DNA from: a bacterium
GTDB taxonomy: Bacteria > UBA6262 > WVXT01
Assembly (NCBI GenBank): GCA_046759165.1
Contig: JBHIBS010000017.1
Coordinates: 1-38,065, forward strand
Direction of reading: 5' to 3'
Length of the DNA: 38,065 bases
The position numbers were made by a program, and so were the translations under genes. Of this stretch, positions 1 to 9,686 are shown one piece after another. Each line of letters starts with the position of its first letter. Position 1 is the first letter of the stretch. The notes beneath the pieces are model-generated. The model did no database searches and was not told the DNA's origin. It was given only the letters and a program-made list of their open reading frames with translations.

Positions 1-82
1 ACTGAACAAACATCTTTTCCGTACCCCCCACAGTCAAACCAGGAACAACTTGCAATAAATTAAGCCGTCTCAATTTAGGCAC
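1..82 (-). CDS. Glycosyltransferase family 4, N-terminus (runs off the window edge)
   Basis: Manual translation from GTG at 82: MPKLRRLNLLQVVPGLTVGGTEKMFVQ, the beta1/GGxE start typical of GT4; not in the ORF track. Confidence 0.75.
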   Translation of the reverse strand, partial: MPKLRRLNLLQVVPGLTVGGTEKMFVQ

Positions 83-121
83 CTAAACCATAATTCAAAG
101 TCTATCAGTTTGCTTTAAACT

Positions 122-418
122 CTATTTCTCTATGGTTGTAATTTCAAATATAACTGTCCCGCCGTCGGTAATTTCGTAGGGTTTAAGGCACTGGACACAA
201 ACCTTTCCTGCCTTGTTCGCAAGCCCCAATTTTTCTGGAGCAATACCAGTCATAAAGCATCATAATAAAGCATAATTGAAGCCAAGGAATGCATACAGAT
301 GTTATGACTCTCTAGGATTTACTTTATATCCTTCACCGAGCACAATCCTGTCCCTAACACTATACACGGGGCATATTCTCTTAATCTCAATTACCTTGAC
401 TACCAACTTACCAGCCAT
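122..418 (-). pseudogene. TIGR04076-family-like small Cys protein, double frameshift
   Basis: ATG at 418 after GGAG; MAGKLVVKVIEIKRICPVYSVRDRIVLGEGYKVNPRES* / second frame NICMHSLASIMLYYDAL* / back to GIAPEKLGLANKAGKVCVQCLKPYEITDGGTVIFEITTIEK*; CPVY, CMH and VQC..GGTVIFEI motifs recognised from memory. Confidence 0.7.
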
Positions 419-706
419 ATTTTCTTCTCCGTCCTTTACCACAGGAACAGTCTTCTATAATGTTCGTCTATAAACGGATACTTAATCAGAGTCCATATCA
501 CTTGTAATACATTTTCCACCATATTTTCCTTTCTTATTTCCCAGAAGCTAATTTCTAGCCAAGAATATAATATTGCAAAGCTCATTTTCTATCTTTGACT
601 TAAAGAAAAATAGACTATGCGATAACTTTGAGATTAATCAAATTATGAAAATGAAAATTAAATAATTTATTCCCTTCTTCATGCTAGAGAAGTTTACTAT
701 ATAGAT

Positions 707-1285
707 TCAAATATTGCACAATTATTCAATTATTTTATAAAATGAATATTTTCCTTTTTGTAGTTTCTCTGGGTTTTTTTTCATAGAATAAGCAAATTCT
801 TCCTTCTTCAATAGAAAGATCATAATTCACTTAAATTTCTCATCATCTAAAGGATTAAATAGTTGCCCATTTCTACCATCTTCTATTAGGTCTCAATTGC
901 CCGGAATGTCCCAGACAGCGCAAGGCAATCCCGAAGCCATTGCCTTCAGAATTCTAATCGTCCCCAATGCAGTAACATTGCCAGTGTATTCCGCAACATC
1001 AAAACTCACCCTGACATAACTCTGTCCGTTTAGATAATAGATCTTATTAGGTTTTACGTTATCTATAACATTCTGTAATCTGCTCAGAATCAGATAAATC
1101 TCATAATGCAGGAAGAACTTTGCCCACGGCGTGTGAAGATCGACATAAATATGATTTATTCTCTCTGTGATAAAGGTGCTTGGTCTTCTGATTACTCCAT
1201 GCACTTCATATCCTTTTGATGGCAAAAATTCTGCTAAATATGATCCCTCCTGTGTTATAATCGACGTAATCAGCACTTTTTTCAT
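707..1285 (-). pseudogene. gmd: Chimeric pseudogene: GDP-mannose 4,6-dehydratase N-terminus fused to a GT4 C-terminus
   Basis: First ~113 aa match Gmd with a degraded GITGQDG motif (SIITQEG), then AMASGLPCAVWDIPGN*DLIEDGRNGQLFNPLDD.. GT4 tail with in-frame stops at 893, 827, 722, 707. Confidence 0.85.
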
Positions 1286-3210
1286 ACTACAATATCCCCA
1301 TCAGTAAAAACTCTATGCCATAATTCTAACATAAAAAGAGCCCATAGGCGATAGCCATGGTCTCGTTTTCCCAAGATATGCTCCTGAAATAATGCCTCCA
1401 CTTCTTTCATATCAAAATAACCTCTTTTCGCTTTTGGGGAAAGGACAATTTCCCTGAAATAATCCTTCCATTGATGACGAAACCATTCTCCAACAGGAAT
1501 ACCAAATCCCTGTTTAGAACGGTGCAGGATTTCACGAGGAAGTAAATCCTGAAATGTTCTTTTTAGAATATACTTTTGAGAAAAAATCTTCATTTTCCAT
1601 GAAGATGGAAGGCTGGAAGTAAATTCGAGTATGTGATGGTCCAGAAATGGCGACCGTGCTTCAAGGGAATTCGCCATTGTAGCCACATCCATCTTTATAA
1701 GTAAATCCTCCGGAAGATAGGCATTGATATCAGTATAAAGAGCTCTGTCAATAACCCCGCTTGCTGGCGCCCGCTGAAATAAATTGCCGAGATATTCATA
1801 AGTATCAATATCTGAAAATCTATTTTTCATCTCATGAGAATAGATCCGTTTTTTTAAAAAATTATTAAAGAAACAATGCCAGATGACGTTTCTACGAGAA
1901 GGAGATTCATTTAATGCAGACAAAAGCCGTTTTGCATAACGAATGGGATTCCGTTGAGATGATTCAATATCAGGAATTAAATTCAAAAATTTTGAAAATA
2001 ATTTATCAGGAATTATTTGAAAGGGCAAAGCCATAAGAGTAAAATTTCTTAAGGCAGAATATCTCAGATAACCGGCAAAATTCTCATCTCCCCCATCTCC
2101 ATTTAAGGCAACTTTTACATATTGACGTGTCATCTTAGCAACATAGAAACTTGGTAAGGCTGAGCTATCAGCATAAGGTTGGTCATAATGCCAGACAATC
2201 TTAGGTAAAATATCAATATAATCTGGTTTAACGATAAATTCATGATGGTCACATCCAAATTTCTTAGCAAGTATTCTAGCATATTTTAATTCTGAAAATT
2301 CTTGTTCTTCAAATCCAATAGAAAATGTTTTTACCGGTTGAGATGATAATTGACTCATCAATGCCACAATTATGGAAGAATCATGCCCGCCAGAAAGAAA
2401 TGCACCTAAAGGAACGTCAGCGATCATCCTAATCCCGACAGCATCTCTCAAGAGCGACCCGATTTTCTCCTTGGCTTCATCAAAAGTCAAATCTATCTTA
2501 TGGCTGAAATTTAGCGACCAGTACTTGCAGCTCTTTATCCTGCCCTGTGAATCAACAACCATAAATGAAGCGGGTGGAAGGCGGAAGACATTTTTAAATA
2601 TCGTCATAGGCGAAGGAATGTATTGATATGTTAAATAATAATGAATTGCTTTCAGATTAACCTCCTTCTTAAATTCCGGTATTACCAGAAATGACTTTAT
2701 CTCCGAAGCAAAATAGAACTTATCACTTATCCTCATATAATATAGAGGCTTCTTCCCAACTCGATCCCTTGAAATGAAGAGGCAGTGTTTATTTTCATCC
2801 CACAGGGCAAAGGCGAACATTCCATTCATATATTTGAGGCAGTCAATCCCATAATCCTCATACAGATGAACGAGTACCTCTGTATCGCTCTTTGTGTAAA
2901 AATGATGACCCTTTTTTTTAAGATTATGCCGAAGTTCCTGGAAATTGTAAATCTCACCGTTTAATATAACCAATATTGAGTTATCCTCATTATGAATTGG
3001 TTGCTGTCCTGTTTCCAAATCGATAATACTCAGCCGCCTGATCCCCATCCCTACATTACACTTTCCATCATTTTGCATTTTGTATTTTGGTTTGATATAG
3101 TATCCCTCCTCATCCGGTCCCCGATGAATTAGTTGATCGTTCATCTTTTTCAATAATTCTTCAGATACCGGTTCATCACTAAAATTCAATATTCCACAAA
3201 TTCCGCACAT
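1282..3210 (-). CDS. asnB: Asparagine synthase (glutamine-hydrolysing) family amidotransferase, probably glycan-modifying
   Basis: MCGICG Ntn nucleophile, HRGPD, RRLSIID, NGEIYN, LSGGxDSS, GDGGDE, SLEARSPFLD; located among glycosyltransferases. Confidence 0.93.
   Translation of the reverse strand: MCGICGILNFSDEPVSEELLKKMNDQLIHRGPDEEGYYIKPKYKMQNDGKCNVGMGIRRLSIIDLETGQQPIHNEDNSILVILNGEIYNFQELRHNLKKKGHHFYTKSDTEVLVHLYEDYGIDCLKYMNGMFAFALWDENKHCLFISRDRVGKKPLYYMRISDKFYFASEIKSFLVIPEFKKEVNLKAIHYYLTYQYIPSPMTIFKNVFRLPPASFMVVDSQGRIKSCKYWSLNFSHKIDLTFDEAKEKIGSLLRDAVGIRMIADVPLGAFLSGGHDSSIIVALMSQLSSQPVKTFSIGFEEQEFSELKYARILAKKFGCDHHEFIVKPDYIDILPKIVWHYDQPYADSSALPSFYVAKMTRQYVKVALNGDGGDENFAGYLRYSALRNFTLMALPFQIIPDKLFSKFLNLIPDIESSQRNPIRYAKRLLSALNESPSRRNVIWHCFFNNFLKKRIYSHEMKNRFSDIDTYEYLGNLFQRAPASGVIDRALYTDINAYLPEDLLIKMDVATMANSLEARSPFLDHHILEFTSSLPSSWKMKIFSQKYILKRTFQDLLPREILHRSKQGFGIPVGEWFRHQWKDYFREIVLSPKAKRGYFDMKEVEALFQEHILGKRDHGYRLWALFMLELWHRVFTDGDIVV
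3069..3089. repeat. 3 x 7-bp tandem repeat inside asnB
   Basis: CATTTTG CATTTTG TATTTTG on + strand; 21 bp, frame-preserving. Confidence 0.65.
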
Positions 3211-4322
3211 TATTTCATCACATCCTCATAACTCTTAATCATCCTATCCAAAGTAAATTCTTCCTTTATTTTTCTATAGCTATTTTCTGTAAGAATTTTA
3301 CACAAATTTTTATTCTCAAGCAATTTAATCACCGCTGATGTCAAAACCTTTTTATCACCAAGTGGAACTAAAAGACCTGTTTTTCCAGTTTCAATAATTT
3401 CATTCACACCGCCCGGACAATCAACCGAAACAATAGGAACTCTACAAGCCATTGCTTCTAAAACAACGTTAGGAAACCCTTCATATAAAGAAGTCAAGGC
3501 GAAAACTTTTGCTTTTTTAAAATATGGATATGGATTATTAATATAACCAGGTAAAATTAAATTTACTCCCAAAGATTCTGCTTTCTGTTTAAGATGTTTC
3601 TTTAAAGGACCGTCACCCAAAATAACCAGAGATAAGCTTTTAAGTTCTGCCATTACTTCAATTAAGAAATCATAATTTTTCCATTTATGTAATCCCCCAC
3701 AAGCAAGCAAATAATTCTGGAGATTGATTTCATATTCACTCTTTAATTTTTCTATCTTTTTCAAATCTATCCCATTGGAAATTACTTCAATTTTCCTTTT
3801 TGAAATATCAAAATATTTACACAAATTCTTCTTAACATTATGTGAGACTGCGATGATTTTTTCTGCTTTGTGATAAAATAGTGAGACAACTTTCTTTCTC
3901 AATTTTGAAAGAAAATATCCTTTTATATCTATCTCTGACAATGTTCTTTCACTTATCAAAAAGTCTGTTTTGGTAAGAATGCCTGCTAAAATTGAAATTA
4001 AGTTTATTCCCCAGAGAAAGGATAATATCTTGTCAGGTTTAATCTTTTTAATTAAACCAATAAGTTTAAAGGTTAAAAAAATCGAAGCTGGTCTTAGTTT
4101 TGTACTCAAATCAAAAATGGGAACATCTTCCGGCACGACCTCTCTCTCCATTCCTGTCAAGTGAAAAACAGCAAGATTCGGCTCAAATTTTTTTCTATCA
4201 ATGTGTCTTAAAATATATTGCATTTGCTTCTCTGCTCCACCACCGTACATGCAATAGATTACGAAAAGAATCTTTTTGCTCTCATTAGAAATTTGCGAAG
4301 CTCGTGATGTTACCAGAACCAT
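3210..4322 (-). CDS. Glycosyltransferase family 4
   Basis: GGAEKQ N-terminal motif; YEGFPNVVLEAMACRVP (ExxxxxxxE) signature. Confidence 0.92.
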   Translation of the reverse strand: MVLVTSRASQISNESKKILFVIYCMYGGGAEKQMQYILRHIDRKKFEPNLAVFHLTGMEREVVPEDVPIFDLSTKLRPASIFLTFKLIGLIKKIKPDKILSFLWGINLISILAGILTKTDFLISERTLSEIDIKGYFLSKLRKKVVSLFYHKAEKIIAVSHNVKKNLCKYFDISKRKIEVISNGIDLKKIEKLKSEYEINLQNYLLACGGLHKWKNYDFLIEVMAELKSLSLVILGDGPLKKHLKQKAESLGVNLILPGYINNPYPYFKKAKVFALTSLYEGFPNVVLEAMACRVPIVSVDCPGGVNEIIETGKTGLLVPLGDKKVLTSAVIKLLENKNLCKILTENSYRKIKEEFTLDRMIKSYEDVMK

Positions 4323-5476
4323 TAGTTTAGGACTCCCTTGTATAAATTTATATATGCTGGAACTATAGAATTTATTGAATAGCGTTTTAGAATTTTTTTT
4401 CTTGTTTGACTACCGAAATCTTTAGAGGATTTTTCATCTTTTAATAACGTCAATATAGCAGATGCAAGTTCTTTACTACTCGCTGGTTTTACTAAAATTC
4501 CATCTTTATCATCATCAATTAAGTCAACAATACCTCCAATCTTTGTTGCTATACAAGGAAGCCCACAAGCCATTGCCGCCAAAAGTGCATTAGGCATCCC
4601 TTCTGAAAGTGAGGGTAAAACAAATATGTCGCTTGCCTGAAGATATTCAGAAATATTATCCTTTTTTCCTAAAAATTTTATCTTATCCGATAAATTTAAA
4701 GCCGATGCTTTATCTTTTAAACTTTTCATCAAAACACCATCTCCGATGATCAATAAAACTGCTTGAGAATATCCAATAATTACCTTAGACCACGCGTGAA
4801 TCAAATAGGAAATCCCCTTTTCTATGGAAAGACGACCGACAAAAGTAATAATTTCTTTATCTGTTGGCAAAAAAAGTTCATTTCTTAACTCGCTTCGTTT
4901 TTCATTTGAAATAGGGTAAAATTTCTCGGTATTCACAAAATTCGGAATATCAAGGATTTGCTCCTCTTTAATACCGATCTCTATCAATTCGTTTCTCATT
5001 TCTCTGGTAATAGCAATAAATCTATCAACTGCTTTACTTATTCCCAATATAATCTTTGACCCTTTTATTTCTTTAATCCTTACAATATCTCCGATTCCAA
5101 ACTTGCTGATGCCAGCAATTTTAACAATAACCTTTTTCTTTAATAATTTTTTAACTAATATTGCAGATACAGTATGAAGATAAAGAATATGACAGTGAAT
5201 AACATCATATTCTTTTCTTTTTCTCCATAGAAATATAAAAGTTGTTAATAAATAACTCAACCCATAAATAAATCCCCATTGAGGAGCAATTATATCTCTA
5301 TATACTATCAATCCATTTAAATTCTCTTTTCTTTTTAGACCCTTTATCCTCTGAGTAAGAACAAATACTTTTGCTCCGTCTTTTAACAACTCCCTTGCTA
5401 ATGCTTCTGCTTGTTGCTCTGTCCCACCAATAACAGGATAAAAATATGAACATATCATGCAAACCCTGGTACTCAT
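4322..5476 (-). CDS. Glycosyltransferase family 4
   Basis: YPVIGGTEQQ, VGRLSIEKG, SEGMPNALLAAMACGLP (second Glu of ExxxxxxxE replaced by Ala). Confidence 0.92.
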   Translation of the reverse strand: MSTRVCMICSYFYPVIGGTEQQAEALARELLKDGAKVFVLTQRIKGLKRKENLNGLIVYRDIIAPQWGFIYGLSYLLTTFIFLWRKRKEYDVIHCHILYLHTVSAILVKKLLKKKVIVKIAGISKFGIGDIVRIKEIKGSKIILGISKAVDRFIAITREMRNELIEIGIKEEQILDIPNFVNTEKFYPISNEKRSELRNELFLPTDKEIITFVGRLSIEKGISYLIHAWSKVIIGYSQAVLLIIGDGVLMKSLKDKASALNLSDKIKFLGKKDNISEYLQASDIFVLPSLSEGMPNALLAAMACGLPCIATKIGGIVDLIDDDKDGILVKPASSKELASAILTLLKDEKSSKDFGSQTRKKILKRYSINSIVPAYINLYKGVLN

Positions 5477-6423
5477 TATTGCTTCCTACCCTTAACCGCT
5501 ACTGGAAAATCTAACAATTCGATATCTTTTAGTCCGGCTTCCTTAAACCAATGTATAACCTCGCGATAAGTATGTTTATGTTGATATTTTGGTGAATACC
5601 AGTCAAAAGTATCGAGCACTCTCCATTTCCAATCGCAATGATTACTCATGGGAAAAGTTAGGTCAATCAATGTTCCGACCTTCGGGATTTTTTTAAAGTA
5701 ATAAAAAGGAATCGCTAAATGAGATAAATACCATAATAACTTTTTGGGTATATGGACAGTAAAAAGCCTGTAAAAATCAGTAAATTTATTTTTAATACAA
5801 GTATAACTCTTTTCATTAGAATAAACCCAGATAGCAATTTCTCCTCCGCTTTTCAAAAGACCGGCGAGGTTCATAAATGCTTTCTTAGTATCAGGAGTGT
5901 GGTGTAAAACGCCTATGCTGTAAATATAATCAAAACTATTCTTTTTCAGGGGTAAGTTCAAAACATCTGCTTGTATAATATGAAGATTATCAAATTTTTT
6001 TAGATTTTCATATGCAGAATTTACAGCAAAGGATAAATCAATTCCTACTGCTTCCTTTGCATAGGGCTGAACTACTTCCATAAATCGTCCCATACCACAC
6101 CCAGCATCCAAAACAATCTTATCTCTTAACTTTTCTAACTCAATACCTGTCTTTTCTACAAATGTATCCTTAGATTCACTTCTTCCTGTTGCGCTGTCCA
6201 GTTGTGTTGTTTTATGAATTGTCCATTCAAAACTAAAACTTTTCACATATTTATCTGTTTCTACAAAACGAGGAATAAAATCTATAATTTGATATTCTGC
6301 TTGACAAACTGGACATTGAAAAATGCCGCTTTTAATCTCACTGTTTACACTTTTGAATTTACCTATACCTAAACCGGCATTACACTTAGGGCAGCAAAGG
6401 AGTTTTAATAATTTATTTTTCAC
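5476..6423 (-). CDS. Class I SAM-dependent methyltransferase with N-terminal Trm112-like Zn-ribbon
   Basis: CCPKC...CPVC...IPRF N-terminus; VLDAGCGMGRF motif I; YSIGVLHHTP. Confidence 0.88.
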   Translation of the reverse strand: MKNKLLKLLCCPKCNAGLGIGKFKSVNSEIKSGIFQCPVCQAEYQIIDFIPRFVETDKYVKSFSFEWTIHKTTQLDSATGRSESKDTFVEKTGIELEKLRDKIVLDAGCGMGRFMEVVQPYAKEAVGIDLSFAVNSAYENLKKFDNLHIIQADVLNLPLKKNSFDYIYSIGVLHHTPDTKKAFMNLAGLLKSGGEIAIWVYSNEKSYTCIKNKFTDFYRLFTVHIPKKLLWYLSHLAIPFYYFKKIPKVGTLIDLTFPMSNHCDWKWRVLDTFDWYSPKYQHKHTYREVIHWFKEAGLKDIELLDFPVAVKGRKQ

Positions 6424-6431
6424 TTTCCCTC

Positions 6432-7961
6432 TTACATTTTTTTACTTTTAGCTATCCTCTTAAGATACCTCTTGTTAATAGAATCAAGCAAACGCTTTTC
6501 AAAAAATAAATTAAACCAGCGATATTTCCACCGGATTCGATATATATTTTTCAAAATCCCATAAAATGTCCTATGAAATATAGTCTTTTGCGAAGTAGGT
6601 TCAAAAAAATATGGCAAAATATACAAGTCAATATAATTAACAAATTTTTGATACTTCATTGACCTCCAGGGGCAAGGATACAGACTATAATGATCTACAT
6701 AACCCCAATTGACCAAATTTTTAGGGGGGATAAATCCTTCTTTAATTGCTTGGTTATATAACTCCGTTCCTGGATAAGGAGTATAATTTACAACGGACAT
6801 CGTAGAGATTAAAGAGCGATATTTTTTTAGGATCATATCTACTAATTTCCAAGTAGCTAAAAATTCTTTTTTTATATCTATGGTAGGTATTCCTACCATA
6901 ATACTTAAGTAACTTTTAAAATTATAATTTCTCATACGCTCAAAAAGAGCGATTATATCATCAACCGCGATATTCTTCCCAATTGCTTTTAAGGCTTGAT
7001 TACTTCCCGATTCAATTCCAATTGAAAATTCGTGTATCCCTGCTCTTTCCATCAATTTCCATTCCTCATCACTATAGGACATCAAAGTATCTACTCTGGT
7101 ATCAACCGTCATAAAATTTACTTTTATATTTTTCTCAATAATTTTTTTACAGATTCCCAAAATTCTCTTCTTATTGATAAAAACTTCAGGGTCCACAAGC
7201 CGAATAGAATCGATTTGGTAAGAATTTACCAAATACTCTACATCTTTAACTACTCTTTCTGGAGTTAGACCAGTCCATTTCCTTCCTGAAAATATGGGTT
7301 CTGCACAAAACTTACAATCATATGGACACCCCTGAGAAGTATAATAATCAAGAGAGCGTCCCCATAAAAAATGGTAGCGGATACATCGGTTTGCATCGAC
7401 TAAATTATATGGTAATGACGGGAATCGATTAATATCTTGTAATGTCCTGTTTGGGGTTTCTACAATTTTTCCATTTTTTGTCTTGTAAAATATACCTGAT
7501 ACTCCTTCTAAAGATTTACCTTCCTCTATGTGAAAAAGAAGCTCCTTAAAGGCAATTTCTCCTTGTCCCTTAACCACGATATCGACATAAGGATTACTTA
7601 AAGTTTCTTTTGGTGCCGAAGTTGGCCAATATCCTCCCCAAATAATGGGAAGCAAAGGATTATTTTTCTTTACAGCCTGAGATACTTTCAGAGCGTCAAT
7701 AATCTGGTATCCAGCTATAGTGGATACTCCAAAGCAAAGAGCTTCCCGACTGTATTTAACAGCTTTCTCTAAATAGCTCTCATCGGTTGTAGCGTTAATA
7801 ATAACCACATTATATTTGTCTTGATTAACCATCCTGGCCAAAGCCAGTAAAGGAAGAGGGAAATAATTTTGAGCATCGGGTGTAGGTTTAGGATAAAATA
7901 AGACAATGTCTTCTTTAATAATCATCATTTTTCCATTTTTTTGTTTGTTTAAATCTGGCAT
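6432..7961 (-). CDS. Cobalamin-binding radical SAM protein (class B methyltransferase-like)
   Basis: PLPLLALA, IIWGGYWPT, VVKGQGE B12-domain motifs; SQGCPYDCKFC; GIESGS; YTPYPGTEL. True start may be the ATG-ATG near 7928. Confidence 0.9.
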   Translation of the reverse strand: MPDLNKQKNGKMMIIKEDIVLFYPKPTPDAQNYFPLPLLALARMVNQDKYNVVIINATTDESYLEKAVKYSREALCFGVSTIAGYQIIDALKVSQAVKKNNPLLPIIWGGYWPTSAPKETLSNPYVDIVVKGQGEIAFKELLFHIEEGKSLEGVSGIFYKTKNGKIVETPNRTLQDINRFPSLPYNLVDANRCIRYHFLWGRSLDYYTSQGCPYDCKFCAEPIFSGRKWTGLTPERVVKDVEYLVNSYQIDSIRLVDPEVFINKKRILGICKKIIEKNIKVNFMTVDTRVDTLMSYSDEEWKLMERAGIHEFSIGIESGSNQALKAIGKNIAVDDIIALFERMRNYNFKSYLSIMVGIPTIDIKKEFLATWKLVDMILKKYRSLISTMSVVNYTPYPGTELYNQAIKEGFIPPKNLVNWGYVDHYSLYPCPWRSMKYQKFVNYIDLYILPYFFEPTSQKTIFHRTFYGILKNIYRIRWKYRWFNLFFEKRLLDSINKRYLKRIAKSKKM

Positions 7962-9497
7962 TGACCAGTCCCCAGACCTTATTTATCTCCTCCAACCCCA
8001 TCAACAAAGAAATTCCAATAAAAATAATCATTCCTATTATTCCTGAGACTACCAATCGCAAAGTTTGCTGCATAACTGAATTAAAACTAAGAAGACTTAT
8101 GGACAGTTTAAATGAGAAAAAAACACATACGCCCATAATAAAAGAAGTTAATCCTATTTTAGCTATTTCATCTAAAACATATTTCCATGCAGATAAATCA
8201 TTTTTCTTTTTAAAAAGCCGAAAAGGAGAAACATTGTTATTAGATATACTCCCGAGGTAGAGAGAGCAATTCCTGCGGCGGGAGGATTGATAATTCTTAT
8301 AAAAAGAAAGTTCAAGACTATGTTCATTATTACTCCGACGATGGTTATTTTTAAGAGGCTTGCCATATCTTGTAAAGCAAGGAATACTCTTCCCAGAATC
8401 ATTCCCGCTGTATAAAAGAAAAGCTGGAAGGAATAGCAAATAAGAATTATTGACGTTAAATTTGTTGCATGGGAATCAAATAGCCCTCTCTGGAATAAGA
8501 GCTTTATTATCGGTTTTGCAAAGATAACTAAAATCGCAGTTAACGGTATAAATATAAAGCTAGACATCCTTATGCTTTTGGTAAGAGAATCCTTCATTTC
8601 TTCAATCTTATTTTCAGCAACCTGAGATGAAAAGAACGGGAAAACTGCGATAGCAATAGATGAAGAAAAAATTATCAAAGGAACCTGAACAAGTTTTCCT
8701 GCATAGCCGAGAGCAGCAATACTCCCGGGAGCAAGATAGGAAGCCATAATCCTGTCAACAACGATATTGAATTGAGAGGCAATAATAGCTATGAAAAAAA
8801 TAAAACCTAAAGATATCATTTCTCTTATTGCCGGGTGTTTCCAGCTAAAATCAAAGTAATGATAATACCCTTTTCCCTTTGTAATAGGAATTAGGAAAAG
8901 GAACTGCAGAATTAGACCTACAAGTAACCCATAAATAAGGGTAAAAATACTCAGCTGTTTTATAAAGAATAAAATAAACAAAATTGTGCTGATTGTAATA
9001 AACATTTGAGAAAAAGCCGGCCAAGCAAAATGCTCAAAAGCATTAAGAATGCCGGCCATAATCCCTATCAGCCCACTAAAAATAAGGGTAAAGCAGACTA
9101 CACGCAACATCTTTATTGCTAAACTAATCGTTTCTGGTTTTAAACCATGGAAACCAAATCTGATAATCCAAGGAGCGAAAATATAAAGAAATAAAGAGGC
9201 AAAAATAAAAAAAATAAAAAGATAATTTGTGACTACTGAAGAAATACGATTTGCTTCTTTTTTGTCTTTAAGTTTATACCTAATAAATATAGGAATAAAA
9301 ACAGCTCCAAATGTTGATAATAGAACGTTATTTATTAAATTTGGAACAGTAGTTGCTGCATAAAAGGCATCCATCGCCTTTGTAATTCCAAAATAATTTG
9401 CGACAAGGATTTCCTTTCCTAAACTTAGTATATGCCCGGAAGTACTTGCAATTATTAAAATCGATGTTGCTTTTGCTATCCTCAGATTTGTGTCCAC
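7915..9497 (-). pseudogene. murJ: MurJ/MviN-family (MOP) flippase split by a -1 frameshift near 8183-8215
   Basis: LGKEILVANYFG..DAFYAA, VDRIMASYLAPGSIAALGYA, LFQRGLFD; ORF stops at 8172 while the last two TM helices continue in the 7915 frame (KYVLDEIAKIGLTSFIMG...). Probable start GTG 9497. Confidence 0.8.
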
Positions 9498-9501
9498 AAT
9501 T

Positions 9502-9678
9502 TTAAGCCCCAAAATAAACTTCCTGAATATAGAAGGAAATAATTCGGGAAATAAAAGACTTGTTTAATATCTTAATTCGGGCATTTTCTCCTACCATCTT
9601 TAAATTCTCCTCTGACTGAACAATTCTCGCTAAAAAAGATAACAATTCCTCTCTCGTTCCAGAGAGAAATTTGTAATA
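9502..9678 (-). pseudogene. Orphan GT4 C-terminal remnant
   Basis: Manual translation YKFLSGTREELLSFLARIVQSEENLKMVGENARIKILNKSFISRIISFYIQEVYFGA*, matching the (M)GENAR..I...Y tail of GT4 proteins; N-terminal part missing. Confidence 0.65.
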
Positions 9679-9686
9679 TCACAAAA

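Noticed and set aside
893-895. TGA read-through or selenocysteine in the gmd chimera
   Set aside because: The position corresponds to Arg or similar in GT4 proteins, further stops follow, and TGA ends many normal genes here
7915-8439. 174-aa ORF as an independent gene
   Set aside because: Its 3' half is the frameshifted end of murJ; the 5' half is an off-frame read of murJ
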